Of a stretch of DNA of 64,000 bases, positions 16,303-30,231 are shown in pieces; within the stretch, counting starts at the first letter, position 1, and each line of letters starts with the position of its first letter. Position numbers and translations under genes: made by a program. Below the pieces are notes generated by a model. That model saw only the letters and a program-made list of their open reading frames with translations. It searched no databases and was not told the DNA's origin. The stretch comes from Eledone cirrhosa (Eukaryota): positions 82,336,001-82,400,000 of the forward strand of contig OZ024747.1 in NCBI GenBank assembly GCA_964016885.1, read 5' to 3'.

Positions 16303-16604
16303 CCTGTGTCAGTGTTGAACAAAAAGGTGACGTGGTTGCCTTAACACCGTATGGCATAAATTCAGGCTGTTCAGTTTGTTTACAAACAAACAAAGCGACG
16401 TTAGCGCCGCTAAACTGATACGTGCATATATGTATGTATACCTGTATGCATATGTATGTATATATGTATATATATATATATATATGTGCATGCTACTGTA
16501 CGTCTGTATACATATATGTATGTACGTATACATGCATACTTACATTTAAGTAAGTGCCATACTAAGAGTGAGAAATGAAATTTCGTTTTCATTTTGTTTC
16601 AATT

Positions 16605-16694
<90 letters not shown>

Positions 16695-16828
16695 CATACA
16701 TATATATATATATATACACATATATATGTATATACATTTATATATATATACATATATATATACATACATATATATATATATATATACACATATATATGTA
16801 TATACATATATATATATATATTTATAGT

Positions 16829-17043
16829 GAAGGCGTGTGGCTGAGTGGTTAGAGAATTGGATTCACAATCGTAAGGTTGTGAGTTCGATTCCTGGACCAG
16901 GCGATGCGTTATGTCCTTGAGCAAGACACTTTATTTCACGTTGCTCCTTGTACCTGGAGTTGCAACTGATAGATAGTATTAGCAATTGGAAAGACCAACG
17001 GAAACATTGTTCCCTCGGTCCGATTTGACGAAAGTCGATCGTT

Positions 17044-17045
<2 letters not shown>
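16829..17045 (+). mobile_element. tRNA-derived CORE-type SINE
   Basis: A box tggctgagtgg, B box gagttcgattcc, CORE-like tgtccttgagcaagacactt. Copies at 43110-43327 and 51599-51745. Confidence 0.88.
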
Positions 17046-17105
<60 letters not shown>

Positions 17106-17159
17106 TATGTGTGTGTGTTTGTGTGTGTGTGTGTTTAATCATAGATATCTCACACGCGC

Positions 17160-17209
<50 letters not shown>

Positions 17210-17234
17210 TTAATCATAGATATCTCACACGCGC

Positions 17235-17293
<59 letters not shown>

Positions 17294-17639
17294 TTTATAC
17301 TTATATATAAACTATATATAGTTATAAACAGGAAAGGTGAGTATTTTTTATTTTTTACCACCTTATTACCAGTATGAAAAATAGCTCAATGTAATTACAT
17401 CAGATATCTTATAATCTTTATTATACCCATTGCTACAGACCACAACATCCTCACTCTCTTTGAAAATGACACTATTGATAACAACAATAATATCAACATA
17501 TCAACATAAAGCTTAAAGATATAATTTAATTATATATTTAAGCTTTGCCAATGCTCCGATGATTCCAAACGACTGTTTGGAAGAAACGATTGTCAGCAAT
17601 AAAATGTATTAAAATGTATTGGCAGTGTATATATGTATA

Positions 17640-19596
17640 GCAGTGGCTATCTCGAAGCTGAACAGTGGAAGGTCTCCAGGTATGGATGGCATACATGCTG
17701 AGCTCCTACAATATGGTAGTGAGAGACTCCTGCAACATCTTCACTCTTTGTTTGGCAGGATATGGGCTAATGAATCCGTACCTGAGGACTGGAGAGATGC
17801 AGTAATGGTGGTCTTGTACAAGGGAAAGGGTAACAGGAATGATTGTGGGAACTACAGAGGTATATCATTGCTTTCTGTCGTAGGGAAAGTTTTATGTAGG
17901 GGGCTTCTGGACCGTCTGCTGACACACATTGCAGATTGTGTTCTTCATGAAAGTCAATCTGGTTTTCGTGCTGGACGCGGCACTACTGATATGATCTTCT
18001 CAGCTAGACAGCTCCAGGAGAAGTGCATGGAACAAGGTTTGGATCTGTATCAGGTTTTTGTCGATCTGACAAAAGCTTTCGATACTGTTAACAGAAATGC
18101 ATTATGGAAGGTTCTCCAGAAACTTGGTTGCCCTGATAAGTTCCTTGCTTTAGTTAGGTCTTTCCATGACGACATGAAGGCTTGGGTTAATGTCGGAGGT
18201 AACATCTCGGAGCCTATCTCAGTAAAAAAATGGAGTGAAACAGGGGAATATTCCAGCACCGACCCTGTTTGCCATATACTTTGCAATGGTTTTCTATATT
18301 GCATTCAGGAATTGCGAGCATGGTGTTTACATCCGATATCCAACCTCAGGCAGCATATTTAACATTAGGCGCTTTGCTGCAAATACAAAAGTATTTACAT
18401 CAATCATAAGAGACCTCTTGTATGCAGATGATTGCGATCTTGCAGCGCACACAGAGAGTGATATGCAGCACAATTTGAATGCATTTTCTGACGTTTGCAC
18501 TGCCCTAGGATTGACTGTCAGTCTCAAGAAAAGCGTCGTCATGTACCAACCTGGCCCTGGTAAGCAGTACAGTGAACCAAATATCTATGTGAATAGTAAA
18601 CGACTTGGAGTGGTTGATCAGTTTGTCTACTTGGGAAGCACTGTCAATCGATACAGCAACCTTGATAGTGAAATCTCACTTAGGATTAGGAAAGCAAGTG
18701 ATGCTTTCGGAAAGCTAGAAAGGCGACTCTGGGGTCGGCGAGACATATGCAAGAAGACAAAGGTAAAGGTGTACAAGGCATGTGTGCTCTCTTCTCTTCT
18801 TTATGCCTGCGAGACCTGGGTCACATATCGACACCATCTTAAGCAATTGGAGCGTTTCCATCAGATGTCTCTCAGACGGATCCATGGCGTTCACTGGAGG
18901 GACCACATCAGTGATATCGAGATTTTGGAAAGCTTTATGTGTCACAGTATAGAAGCTCTTGTGCTTAAGCAACGACTCCGTTGGAGTGGTCACCTTGCCA
19001 GGATGAAGGATTCTAGAATATCAAAACAACTTTTTTATGAAGAGTTAGTTAAAGGAAAACGACCGCCACATAAACCAAAAAAGAGGTATAAGGATTCCTT
19101 GAAAGCCTCTTTGAAAGACGCTAACATCTCTGCTGATACATGGGAAAATATTGCTGCTGATCGTAATAAATGGAGAAAGAGTGTATATGAGAGGAAATTT
19201 GCCTTTGGGGCATCTCGAATCCTATACGAGAAAGTAAAGCGGGATGTGAGGAAGGGCATTGCTGTTACACTTCCAGACGGAGAGGGTCCTCCTATGGTGC
19301 TGACATGCAGCGTCTGTGCGAGACTCTGCCTAAGCAAAGCTGGACTCGAAAGTCATCTTCGCAGTCATAAAGTAAGACCAGTAGTTGACTACCAGGCTGC
19401 TGTTGGAGATGCTACTCATCATGCTTGCCAAGCATGTGGTAGAGAATGTAAATCAACAGGAGGGCTCAAGCGACATGCAAAAGTACATGAACTCCAACCA
19501 CAGCCGGCTATTCCCAGTGAATGTTTTGATTGCCGACTCTGTGCAAGACATTTTAGAACGTTGGCTGGGCTATAAAGCCACATTCGATCGCAGCTC
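17640..19596 (+). pseudogene. RTE reverse transcriptase ORF, frameshifted in an A-run near 18224-18230, stop in the last zinc finger
   Basis: ORFs 17619-18362 and 18235-19575 join at ISVKNG/VKQG. Confidence 0.92.
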
Positions 19597-19873
19597 TGTT
19601 AGTTGCTAACGTGTGTGTGTATATATATGTTTATGTGTGTGCGTGTGTGTATATATATATGTATATGTATATTATTATTGTTGTTGTTGTAGTTATTATT
19701 ATTGTTGTTATTATTATTATTATTGTTATTAATATGTATGTATATATATATGTATGTATATATATATATATATATATATATACATACATGTGTATATATA
19801 TATATATATATATATTTTCTTTTTTTTCCCTTTTTTTTCTCCTGCAATGGCCATACTCGATAACGAGGGGGCA

Positions 19874-19880
<7 letters not shown>
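17640..19880 (+). mobile_element. 5'-truncated RTE-clade LINE; 3' UTR interrupted by microsatellites; terminus at 19843-19880
   Basis: RT motifs SPGMDGI, NYRGISLLS, QSGFR, FVDLTKAFD, LYADD, YLGS, RLRWSGH. Three C-terminal C2H2-like fingers. 3' end tgcaatggccatactcgataacgagggggcagcc. Confidence 0.95.
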
Positions 19881-19918
<38 letters not shown>

Positions 19919-20129
19919 TTATATAGAAATGACTTCTACGTGAATAGAACTGTTCTCTTATTCTCTTCGTGTGAAACCATGAGGAAAAAACCTATACTCT
20001 ACCAATGTATTGAGAAACTGTTCTGGCACATGTAAAATACTTGGCCAAAGCTTTACACACACTCAACTACATATAAATATGTATAACAGGTGAACGAAGG
20101 TTACGTGCGTTTTCGTTCAACAGATTGAA

Positions 20130-21042
20130 ACACAGCTCAACGCGTACACGAATATATATATAAGACAGCTCAACATGTACACAATTACATATATAAGACA
20201 CAGCTCAACGTGTACACAATTACATATATAAGACACAGCTCAACGTGTACACAAATACATATATAAGACACAGCTCAACAAGTACACAATTACATGTATA
20301 AGACACAGCTCAACACGTACACAAATACATATATAAGACACAGCTCAACGAGTACACAATTACATATATAAGACACAGCTCAACGAGTACACAAATACAT
20401 ATATAAGATACAGCTCAACGAGTACACAATTACATATATAAGACACAGCTCAACGAGTACAGAAATACATATTTAAGACACAGCTCAACAAGTATACAAA
20501 TACATATATAAGACACAGCTCAACAAGTATACAAATACATATATAAGACACAGCTCAACAAGTATACAAATGCATATAGAAGACAGCTCAACGCGTACAC
20601 AAATACATATGTAAGACACAGCTCAACGAGTACACAAATACATATATAAGACACAGCTCAACGAGTACACAAATACATATATAAGACACAGCTCAACGAG
20701 TACACAAATACATATATAAGACACAGCTCAACAAGTACACAAATACATATATAAGACACAGCTCAACGAGTACACAAATACATATAGAAGACACAGCTCA
20801 ACGAGTACACAAATACATATATAAGACACAGCTCAACAAGTACACAAATACATATATAAGACACAGCTCAACGAGTACACAAATACATATAGAAGACACA
20901 GCTCAACGAGTACACAAATACATATAGAAGACACAGCTCAACGAGTACACAAATACATATATAAGACACAGCTCAACGAGTACACAAATACATATAGAAG
21001 ACACAGCTCAACGAGTACACAAATACATATAGAAGACACAGA
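20130..21042. repeat. 35-bp minisatellite, about 26 units
   Basis: Unit aagacacagctcaacgagtacacaaatacatatat. Confidence 0.95.
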
Positions 21043-23147
21043 AACACAGAGACAACAGTGGCCACAATGTTATTCAACCTGCGTTTCTCTCTTCCACACA
21101 TATATATCTATCCACACATATATATCTATGTATGTAAGCAATCCCATATACACTACTATATATATATATATAGATGCCCTGAACTTCATCAATGTGTGCA
21201 TTCGAAAGGTAAGTCAATTTCATTAGACCTCTAGGCCGGTAATGCGTGACCAAATCTGTTACTGTTTTTATTACAGATAAATCATTCGCCTCTGTGATTT
21301 CTGCTTTATACAGCTAGTTCTCATTTATATTCTCTTTCAGTCACCATTCATCATTAATGTTCATAACAAAACTTCATTTATTATATATCCTACCTTCGTG
21401 TTGTGTACGTCTCAGACAAATAAAGGATTCATTATAATACAATGATCAGTTTTAACAATATATCGAAGCACAAAACTTATATTGGAAGTTCCTTTCCAAA
21501 ATAGAATGTTAAATGATGGCAATGCTATTCATGATGAGGAGAGGAAGAAGAGGGGAATGGAAAAAGGGAGTTATGATATAAGTAATCATAATAGCATCGC
21601 CATTTATATAAAGCAACAACAACAACAATAATGATATTAAAAATCTTGCTGATGTTAAAATACAAAGAATTATGATGATGATGATTATATATTTTCTTAT
21701 ACAAAGACTATATAGATAACAACATATTTATGTAAACACACGAAGGTAAATATTTTGGGGTTACCGTCGGAGAAAAAACCGACTAACGAAATACTATGGG
21801 AAATTAATAGGTAGATCTTTAAGACTAAATTCAATCCTTCTTTCCCTAAATTTACTGGGACAGATATTGGATGTTTACCTCCACCTTCAACCTCTTCGTT
21901 AATTGATAAAGGGATAAGATGCTGAGGTCCAGCTTGGTTCATCCAGCATGTTCCATCTTTCATCACCAATCATTGTCTTTCCTTACCAAAAGAATGTGTT
22001 TTGATCTTCAGAATTGATTCAGGTGTGACCTTGATCAGTTCTACGTGTGGAGAAATCCCTCGAGATGATTTCAGAAATTGGTAACCCACTACACGGAATA
22101 AGTACTGCGAGGAGGACAGTTTCATAGTTTCTCCCGAAGTTCAGTTATGACCCGTAGATTATAATGTGCATGACGACTTTATCTCGCACTCGTCTACGTC
22201 ATTCCAATGAATACGCCTATCAGCATATGATGAATATTTAGCTTTAAACCTAAGCTAGTCATTTATCGACCTTTCAGGAATTTTAAGTCATATTTATGCC
22301 AGGCGTAATGGCATGCGTTCAGAAATAATTGAATTAACATGAGGATAAGTAACTTAGCAAATACTGTAAATGTGGAACGAAAGAGAATGAATACTTTGCT
22401 AAGTGAATATATGATAATAAAATACACATAGAAAAGATTACAGCAGAACAAGGTAAAGTTTTCGGGGGGATTTGTGTCAACATTGAGTACTGAAACAAAT
22501 GAGAATTGGTTCAGGAAACAATAATAAAGAAAGTTTTAAATACAGTTCTTGGGAAATAATTTGCCTAAACAAACTATATTATCAAAACACAATACAGAAA
22601 TTTAATACCAACTGACAGGTGAAATATAAAGCCAAGAAAAAATATTTTGACATTTCCTTGGATAAAAAGCGTTGACCTGATTGTAGTAGAAAAGATCAAT
22701 AAGCCTTAGGACTTAACTATAATGGAAGGGAAATACAGCAACACTGATGTTCATAATACCTATTTTGATTAAGAATGTTATCGAAAACTCTTTATAAATG
22801 CAAAATTGAAACCCGGATATTTTATACAGCAGAAAGCTGTCAATATTAAAACTGTTAAAATCCCCAGAAATATTCTTAAAATTTGAGAAACCGTACTGAA
22901 TTTTAGCTTCTTCTGCAAATAGTGTTGAAATTATAAAATCAATATAGGATATTATAATGGTGGTGCTGAGTAGTAGGTGGGGAGAATTAGGGGAGAGGAG
23001 ATATTTTACGTAAGCATCATAACCAAGAATCTTTTCAGAAACAACATACTCATTCTTTTCCAAAAGAAAAAAAGGTAGTAACGAGAGATTTTTTTTTTCA
23101 ATTTGAGTACAAGTAAAATTCACAGTAAAGTAAATTTGATATTAACC

Positions 23148-23340
23148 GTGAATGCACCTGGCTTAGTGGTTACGATGTTTTGCTCAAGATCGGAAGGTCG
23201 TAAATTCGAATCCAAAAGGTACATTTTGTCCTTGAGCAAATTACTTTTTTTCACGTTACTCCAGTATTCTCAGCTGACAAATGTTTGCTCTATCTGTAAT
23301 TGAAAGGAGCAACCTTGTTATAAATTGTGTCATGCAGAGA
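23148..23340 (+). mobile_element. Diverged tRNA/CORE-type SINE
   Basis: tggcttagtggtta..ttcgaatcc..tgtccttgagcaaattactt..cacgttactccag. Confidence 0.7.
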
Positions 23341-23369
23341 ATTATTCTCATCCCAGAGAATTATTCTAA

Positions 23370-23462
23370 TAACTGTTTCTATTTTTGGCACAGGGCCAGC
23401 AATTACCCAGTACATTACGGGTACTTTATTTTATCGACCCCGTAGGGATGAAAAGCAAAGTT
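23370..23462 (-). mobile_element. SINE fragment (Meta-domain type)
   Basis: Reverse complement of the 8302/47068 family. Confidence 0.75.
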
Positions 23463-23976
23463 GATGCATGGCTCTGTGGAACGCTCAGCCATTTATACTT
23501 TAATTTCCTAAATAAGGTGTTCCGTCGTTTTAGGACACTCGTCGAAGGAATCGACGGATGTCCAACACACACTACATCAAACAACATCAACCTAAAATGA
23601 TAGACACAGCTGGTACAACTTTAATTATAAGTATATATAATTCCTATGAGGGATAAGCAGCAGCAGCTTCATCAACAACAACCAAAGCCACCAAGATAAG
23701 CACAAATGAAACACCAAATGGAACTGCATTAAAAAGAACAGCACACACATCTACATAAAGTTGTATAAATGTACATGTTTAAAGTAAAACATTTTCAATA
23801 CTGCTTGGAAGGTTTTAGAGAAAATGGCGGATGGAGACTTTGTTTTGGAACAGTAAGATTAGGGAGAAACAGAAGAGAGGAATAACTTTTCTTTTGCAGT
23901 AAATAAAATCGATGGTGTACATATTCACACACACGCTTACACACATTCTCATATGCACAAGCACACACACACACAT

Positions 23977-24066
<90 letters not shown>

Positions 24067-24257
24067 GATAGATAGGTATATAGATGTATATTGCATACAT
24101 AATTGCATATATATGTGAGAAAAACCACAAACCCCCCCTATCTCAACTCTACTTTTGAAAAGCAGAAGAACTGCGAAACCAGTAAAGGAACCAAATAAAA
24201 ATATCTATTTTTTTTTTTTAAATAAGACTCCAGTTGCATTTTCGATTTCATCTTTTT

Positions 24258-24318
<61 letters not shown>

Positions 24319-24819
24319 CTTCTATGTACATGTATATACAAAGATATATGAAAGAAAATGAAAGTGAAGATATTTAAGTTGAATTGACAAGGTGTATTAA
24401 GGAGTTTAATTCTGTTATCTCTCTCCCACTTACTCTTGTTAACAATACCTGGTGTCTCATTAATCACGAACATATACAGATATTTACACTTATTTTATGA
24501 AAGAAAACCTATGTAAGCTATGCCCATTAACATACATGGAAGAGTTGATAACTGAAAGTGTTCAGCTGCAATACATATATGAACGTATGTATCTTTGCAT
24601 GTATGAATTTATATACGTATGATTACGACATCATTCATTTCAGAAGATAATTTAAAATGTGTTATACCTCGTATTTCCATTAGAGTAGAGATGGAAAGAG
24701 AAAATATATTTATATGCTTAGTTATATTCATGTAGGTGTATAGCTTATATAGAATTACACTTTGTGTGTCTGAATATAAAGAATATATAACTTAATGCAT
24801 GCCTAGTTTGTATATACGT

Positions 24820-27012
24820 GGGCGTGTGTGGGTTCGTGTGCACACTGATATAGGTGGGGTATGAGTGTGTGTGTGGGTTCGTGTGCACACTGATATAGGT
24901 GGGGTATGAGTGTGTGTGTGGGTTTGTGTTTACACTGATATAGGTGGGGTATGAGTGTGTGTGTGGGTTCGTGTGCACACTGATATAGGTGGGGTATGAG
25001 TGTGTGTGTGGGTTTGTGTGCACACTGATATAGGTGGGGTATGAGTGTGTGTGTGGGTTCGTGTGCACACTGATATAGGTGGGGTATGAGTGTGTGTGTG
25101 GGTTCGTGTGCACACTGATATAGGTGGGGTATGAGTGTGTGTGTGGGTTTGTGTGCACACTGATATAGGTGGGGTATGAGTGTGTGTGTGGGTTCGTGTG
25201 CACACTGATATAGGTGGGGTATGAGTGTGTGTGTGGGTTCGTGTGCACACTGATATAGGTGGGGTATGAGTGTGTGTGTGTGGGTTCGTGTGCACACTGA
25301 TATAGGTGGGGTATGAGTGTGTGTGTGTGGGTTCGTGTGCACACTGATATAGGTGGGGTATGAGTGTGTGTGTGGGGGTTCGTGTGCACACTGATATAGG
25401 TGGGGTATGAGTGTGTGTGTGGGTTTGTGTGCACACTGATATAGGTGGGGTATGAGTGTGTGTGTGGGTTCGTGTGCACACTGATATAGGTGGGGTATGA
25501 GTGTGTGTGTGGGGGGGTTCGTGTGCACACTGATATAGGTGGGGTATGAGTGTGTGTGTGGGTTCGTGTTTACACTGATATAGGTGGGGTATGAGTGTGT
25601 GTGTGGCGGTTCGTGTGCACACTGATATAGGTGGGGTATGAGTGTGTGTGTGTGTTCGTGTGCACACTGATATAGGTGGGGTATGAGTGTGTGTGGGGGG
25701 GTTCGTGTGCACACTGATATAGGTGGGGTATGAGTGTGTGTGTGGGTTCGTGTTTACACTGATATAGGTGGGGTATGAGTGTGTGTGTGGGGGTTCGTGT
25801 GCACACTGATATAGGTGGGGTATGAGTGTGTGTGTGGGTTCGTGTGCACACTGATATAGGTGGGGTATGAGTGTGTGTGTGGGTTCGTGTGCACACTGAT
25901 ATAGGTGGGGTATGACTGTGTGTGTGGGGGTTCGTGTGCACACTGATATAGGTGGGGTATGAGTGTGTGTGTGGGTTCGTGTGCACACTGATATAGGTGG
26001 GGTATGAGTGTGTGTGTGTGTGGGTTCGTGCACACACTGATATAGGTGGGGTATGAGCGTGTGTGTGGGTTTGTGTTTACACTGATATAGGTGGGGTATG
26101 AGTGTGTGTGTGGGTTTGTGTTTACACTGATATAAGTGGGGTATGAGTGTGTGTGTGGGTTCGTGTGCACACTGATATAGGTGGGGTATGAGTGTGTGTG
26201 TGGGGGTTCGTGTGCACACTGATATAGGTGGGGTATGAGTGTGTGTGTGGGTTCGTGTGCACACTGATATAGGTGGGGTATGAGCGTGTGTGTGGGTTTG
26301 TGTTTACACTGATATAGGTGGGGTATGAGCGTGTGTGTGGATTCGTGCACACTGATATAGGTGGGGTATGAGTGTGTGTGTGGGTTCGTGTGCACACTGA
26401 TATAGGTGGGGTATGAGTGTGTGTGGGTTTGTGTTTACACTGATATAGGTGGGGTATGAGCGTGTGTGTGGGTTCGTGTGCACACTGATATAGGTGGGGT
26501 ATGAGTGTGTGTGTGGGTTCGTGTGCACACTGATATAGGTGGGTATGAGTGTGTGTGTGTGGGTTTGTGTTTACACTGATATAGGTGGGGTATGAGTGTG
26601 TGTGTGGGTTCGTGTGCACACTGATATAGGTGGGGTATGAGTGTGTGTGTGGGTTCGTGCACACGCTAATGTAGGTGGGGTATGAGCGTGTGTATAGGTT
26701 TGTGCACACACTAATGTAGGTGGGGTATGAGCGTGTGTGTGGGTTCGTGCACACAGTAATGTAGGTGGGGTGTGAGTGTGTGTGTATGGGTTCGTGCACA
26801 CGCTAATGTAGGTGGGGTATGAGTGTGTGTATAGGTTTGTGCACACACTAATGTAGGTGGGGTATGAGCGTGTGTGTGGGTTCGTGCACACAGTAATGTA
26901 GGTGGGGTGTGAGTGTGTGTGTATGGGTTCGTGCACACACTAATGTAGGTGGGGTATGAGCGTGTGTATAGGTTTGTGCACACACTAATGTAGGTGGGGT
27001 ATGAGCGTGTGC
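24820..27012. repeat. ~45-bp GT-rich minisatellite, about 48 units
   Basis: Unit gggttcgtgtgcacactgatataggtggggtatgagtgtgtgtgt, with a variant (ctaatgtagg) block from about 26660. Confidence 0.95.
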
Positions 27013-27885
27013 TTGGATGTAGTTGTGCCTTGGAAGAAAATTCACAACACTCTAGAACATTTCATAAAAACACGAACTCAATATAATAAAATAGACTAAT
27101 ATAAAATTTATTTTACCCTGACATTTTTCTAGGTGCGTCTCTGAGTTTCTCGTTTTATCGATTTTCAAGCAATAAAAGAAATTAATCAATCAGCCTTATA
27201 TTATATCGATGAAACAAAAACTGTTGAATATGAAAGGCACGTTATCAATAGAAAATATTTCGTCATGGTTGGTTGGTTCCAGCATTACATAATACTGTCA
27301 CACTTTCAAACGATAAGCATTAAGAAATATTTCGCTCAGTATTTTAGATTTATACATCATATCCCTGAGTATAGAATAACATGAATTAAAAAAATGTTAG
27401 ATTATTTAGATCGTGGATAAGTATAGCCATGCATATGGTTACGTCACGTTCAATGTTGAGAAGCTTTCATATAATTCAACAAATATTACGATTTATAGCA
27501 GCCAAATTATTATATGTAATGGTTGCAAACAAATTATTATTTGTAAAGGATATTTAAAGCAGAATTCCTATGAAACAATGTATTGATTTCATTTTCTATG
27601 AGATACAAAACTAACAAACATCATTACACTGCTTATAAAATTGATCATGTCTTCTAATATCTTCTAAATCATTTTAGCGTCTATGATATTGTTATTTCTA
27701 AGTGACCAAATGTATTTCAACATATTCCATGTTTAGGTGTCTGAAAGTATATTGATGTTAACTCAATCTCAAATTAAATGGTGTCTCAGCCATACTAACA
27801 TGGACACATACACGCACACACAAATATAACTATAACTATAACTATAACTATATATATATATACAAATACACACACACACAGACAG

Positions 27886-27937
<52 letters not shown>

Positions 27938-29142
27938 ACATGCAATGAATAAATAGCTATACGAATTTGCGAATGTGTATACAGTTGAGCAAAAGATTAC
28001 TTAATATGATGAAGTAGAGTAGGATATGGTTTATTTAGACCTTACACCTCGTGTGATGCTACTCAGAAGTTTGACTCTTCATTCCCCAGAGAACTGATGA
28101 TAAACTTGGTAGAGTAGAATGCTCAATTTGAGAAATTGATAAACAAAAACAAACATAAGGAATCTATATGAAAGTTATAAAAATGGAAAAGACAAAGTCC
28201 GATGCAAATACCAGAGGTCGGTGTATTGGAGTGGTAGTATTTGTATGTGTGACGGAAAAGTGTTAAAGAGATTGGAAAATCAGTGGTTTTGATTGGTCTA
28301 AGTATGTGGTGTGTTTTAGTTATTAGGTAGAAAGTGAATTATGTAGTTGTATTGTTAGAGTGTCCTTATACATAAAACAGTAGCGCGAAAATAATATGAT
28401 AATATAATGTTGTAATAATATCATTTTATATTTATATAATAGTTTATTAACTTCAAATAATAATATAGATATAGAATATAATTACCGTAAGTGAAATACA
28501 AATTATAAAATAAAACAGGCTAGAAGGTGTAAGATAAAATAATGTTTCCTGAAATGAAAAAAATACGAATCAAAACAAAGATACTGAAAATCACTTGGCA
28601 CTAAAAATAGTCGCAGGCCATTAAACCATAAAAAGAATAAATCAGCCATAGTCAACGAAAACATTGAGAGAACATTTTCCTTAAAATAAAAAAAAAATTA
28701 AAATGCAGCAACTACTCTAGCCTGTGAAACTTCCGTCATCAAATATTGCATTAACAATAAACACCTATATATATTCCACGTGATAGAATTCTTTCTCTCG
28801 ATATCTATGTCTCTACTACTAAAACCATTTAGTTTCCCAAATACCTCCATTGCAATCACTGATCATAGAATCAAAATTACTATACGTGTAAGAAGATACT
28901 TACTGTTATTCGACAAACCGCTGTGAATGAAAAAAAGAACGCAGTCTAAACTCCCATGTGCTGATGGGAAGTAAGCAGTCAGTTGAGATCTGTAAAATCA
29001 TAGGATCCTACATCTTATAAACTCTCACACGAAATTTATTAACCTATAATGTGGTCGATATTAACCACATGAAGGCAACAGAATATAGATTTTTATATAT
29101 CCACATCCGACCACAGCGTACCCGCTCATTCAGGAACATGGC

Positions 29143-29226
<84 letters not shown>

Positions 29227-29231
<5 letters not shown>

Positions 29232-29709
29232 ATACTTTAGGAGGGCCATGTTGCCAATAAGAAACACACGCACCAGTTGCTTTCACTTCAATTTATTATA
29301 ATAAATTTATAAATTTAGGAATTTATAAATTTCTGGTTGGTTGGTTGGTTGGTTCCACAACCAGATGGTTGTTTATATATTGTCAAAGTTCTTTCGGAAA
29401 CAAGATGGCGTAGGACAGAACAAAGGAGAGGTACAAAAAACAAAGAAAAGAATACCCAGTCACTGAAGAGGTCACAGAATGTGTGACGAAAGAACTTTGA
29501 CAATATATAAACAACCATCTGGTTGTGGAAACAACCAACCAACCGGAAATTTATAAATTCCTAAATTTATAAATTTATTATAATAAATTGAAGTGAAAGC
29601 TACTGGTGCGTGTGTTTCTTATTGGCAACATAACCCTCCCAAAGTATAACAATATCGGTTTCAACACACGGTTTCAGATAAAGAATCTTGCTAAACAAAT
29701 TCAGAAACG

Positions 29710-29712
<3 letters not shown>
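29227..29712. mobile_element. Family K fold-back insertion in (TA)n with hammerhead
   Basis: Inverted arms about 29227-29396 and 29487-29655. Homologues at 40303-40498 and 51218-51510. Confidence 0.85.
29459..29501 (+). ncRNA. Type-I hammerhead ribozyme, family K
   Basis: GTCA CTGAAGA G GTCACA gaatg TGTGAC GAA AG aa CT T TGAC. Confidence 0.87.
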
Positions 29713-29760
<48 letters not shown>

Positions 29761-29763
<3 letters not shown>

Positions 29764-30231
29764 GGAAAAGAATGAAACGAAATTCCATTTCTCACTCTTA
29801 GTACGGCTGATACTTAAATGTAAGTATGTATGTATACGTACATACATATATATATATACAGACGTACATACATATATGTATACAAACGTACATACATATA
29901 TGTATACAGACGTACATACATATATGTATACAGACGTACATACATATATGTATACATACATGCACACATATATATATATGTACGTATGGGTTTACCGCAC
30001 ATTTATTATAATGTTCGGTTTGTTTGTAAACAAACAAACAGCCCGAATTACGCCGTACAGTGTTCAGGCAACCATCGTCGCCTTTTTGTTCAACACTGAC
30101 ACAGGAACGATGTACTAGTTTCAAGCTGATTAGCTATCGTCAGCATCGTATACCTTTCTGCCAGATGATTGAACGTCTGAAAGTATATACTTTCCTTATG
30201 CATATTAACGGCTGAGCAACCTAATTTGCAT
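29761..30231 (-). mobile_element. Family A element, diverged copy with internal 24-bp repeats
   Basis: Reverse-complement homology to 15705-16130, flanked by (TA)n. Confidence 0.85.
30107..30149 (-). ncRNA. Minimal type-I hammerhead ribozyme, family A
   Basis: Reverse complement: ACGATG CTGACGA T AGCT aatc AGCT T GAA ACTAGT A CATCGT. Differences from 15788 keep the structure. Confidence 0.9.

Larger units (their letters stand above)
15611..16605 (+). mobile_element. Family A retrozyme-like element: 2.1 head-to-tail copies of a ~470-bp unit, one HHR per unit
   Basis: Units start agtaagtgccatactaagag at 15611, 16081 and 16549. They are near-identical, noncoding and end in (TA)n. Confidence 0.88.

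Noticed and set aside
16829-16900. tRNA-like sequence
   Set aside because: It is a SINE head: it continues into a CORE-like body and has several diverged copies in the window.
19300-19590. Host C2H2 zinc-finger gene
   Set aside because: The fingers are in frame with the RTE reverse transcriptase and are followed by the LINE 3' end.
20130-21042. 35-bp repeat array resembling CRISPR in unit length
   Set aside because: Units are contiguous with no unique spacers, there are no cas genes, and the context is eukaryotic.
21697-23123. Non-repetitive ORFs 21697-21969 and 22713-23123; possibly a very old L1/Tx1 remnant
   Set aside because: No motif could be recognised with confidence. BLASTx would be needed.
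28094-28100. Isolated CTGATGA (also 44723, and CTGAGGA at 43796)
   Set aside because: No stem II, GAAA or stem I complement nearby.
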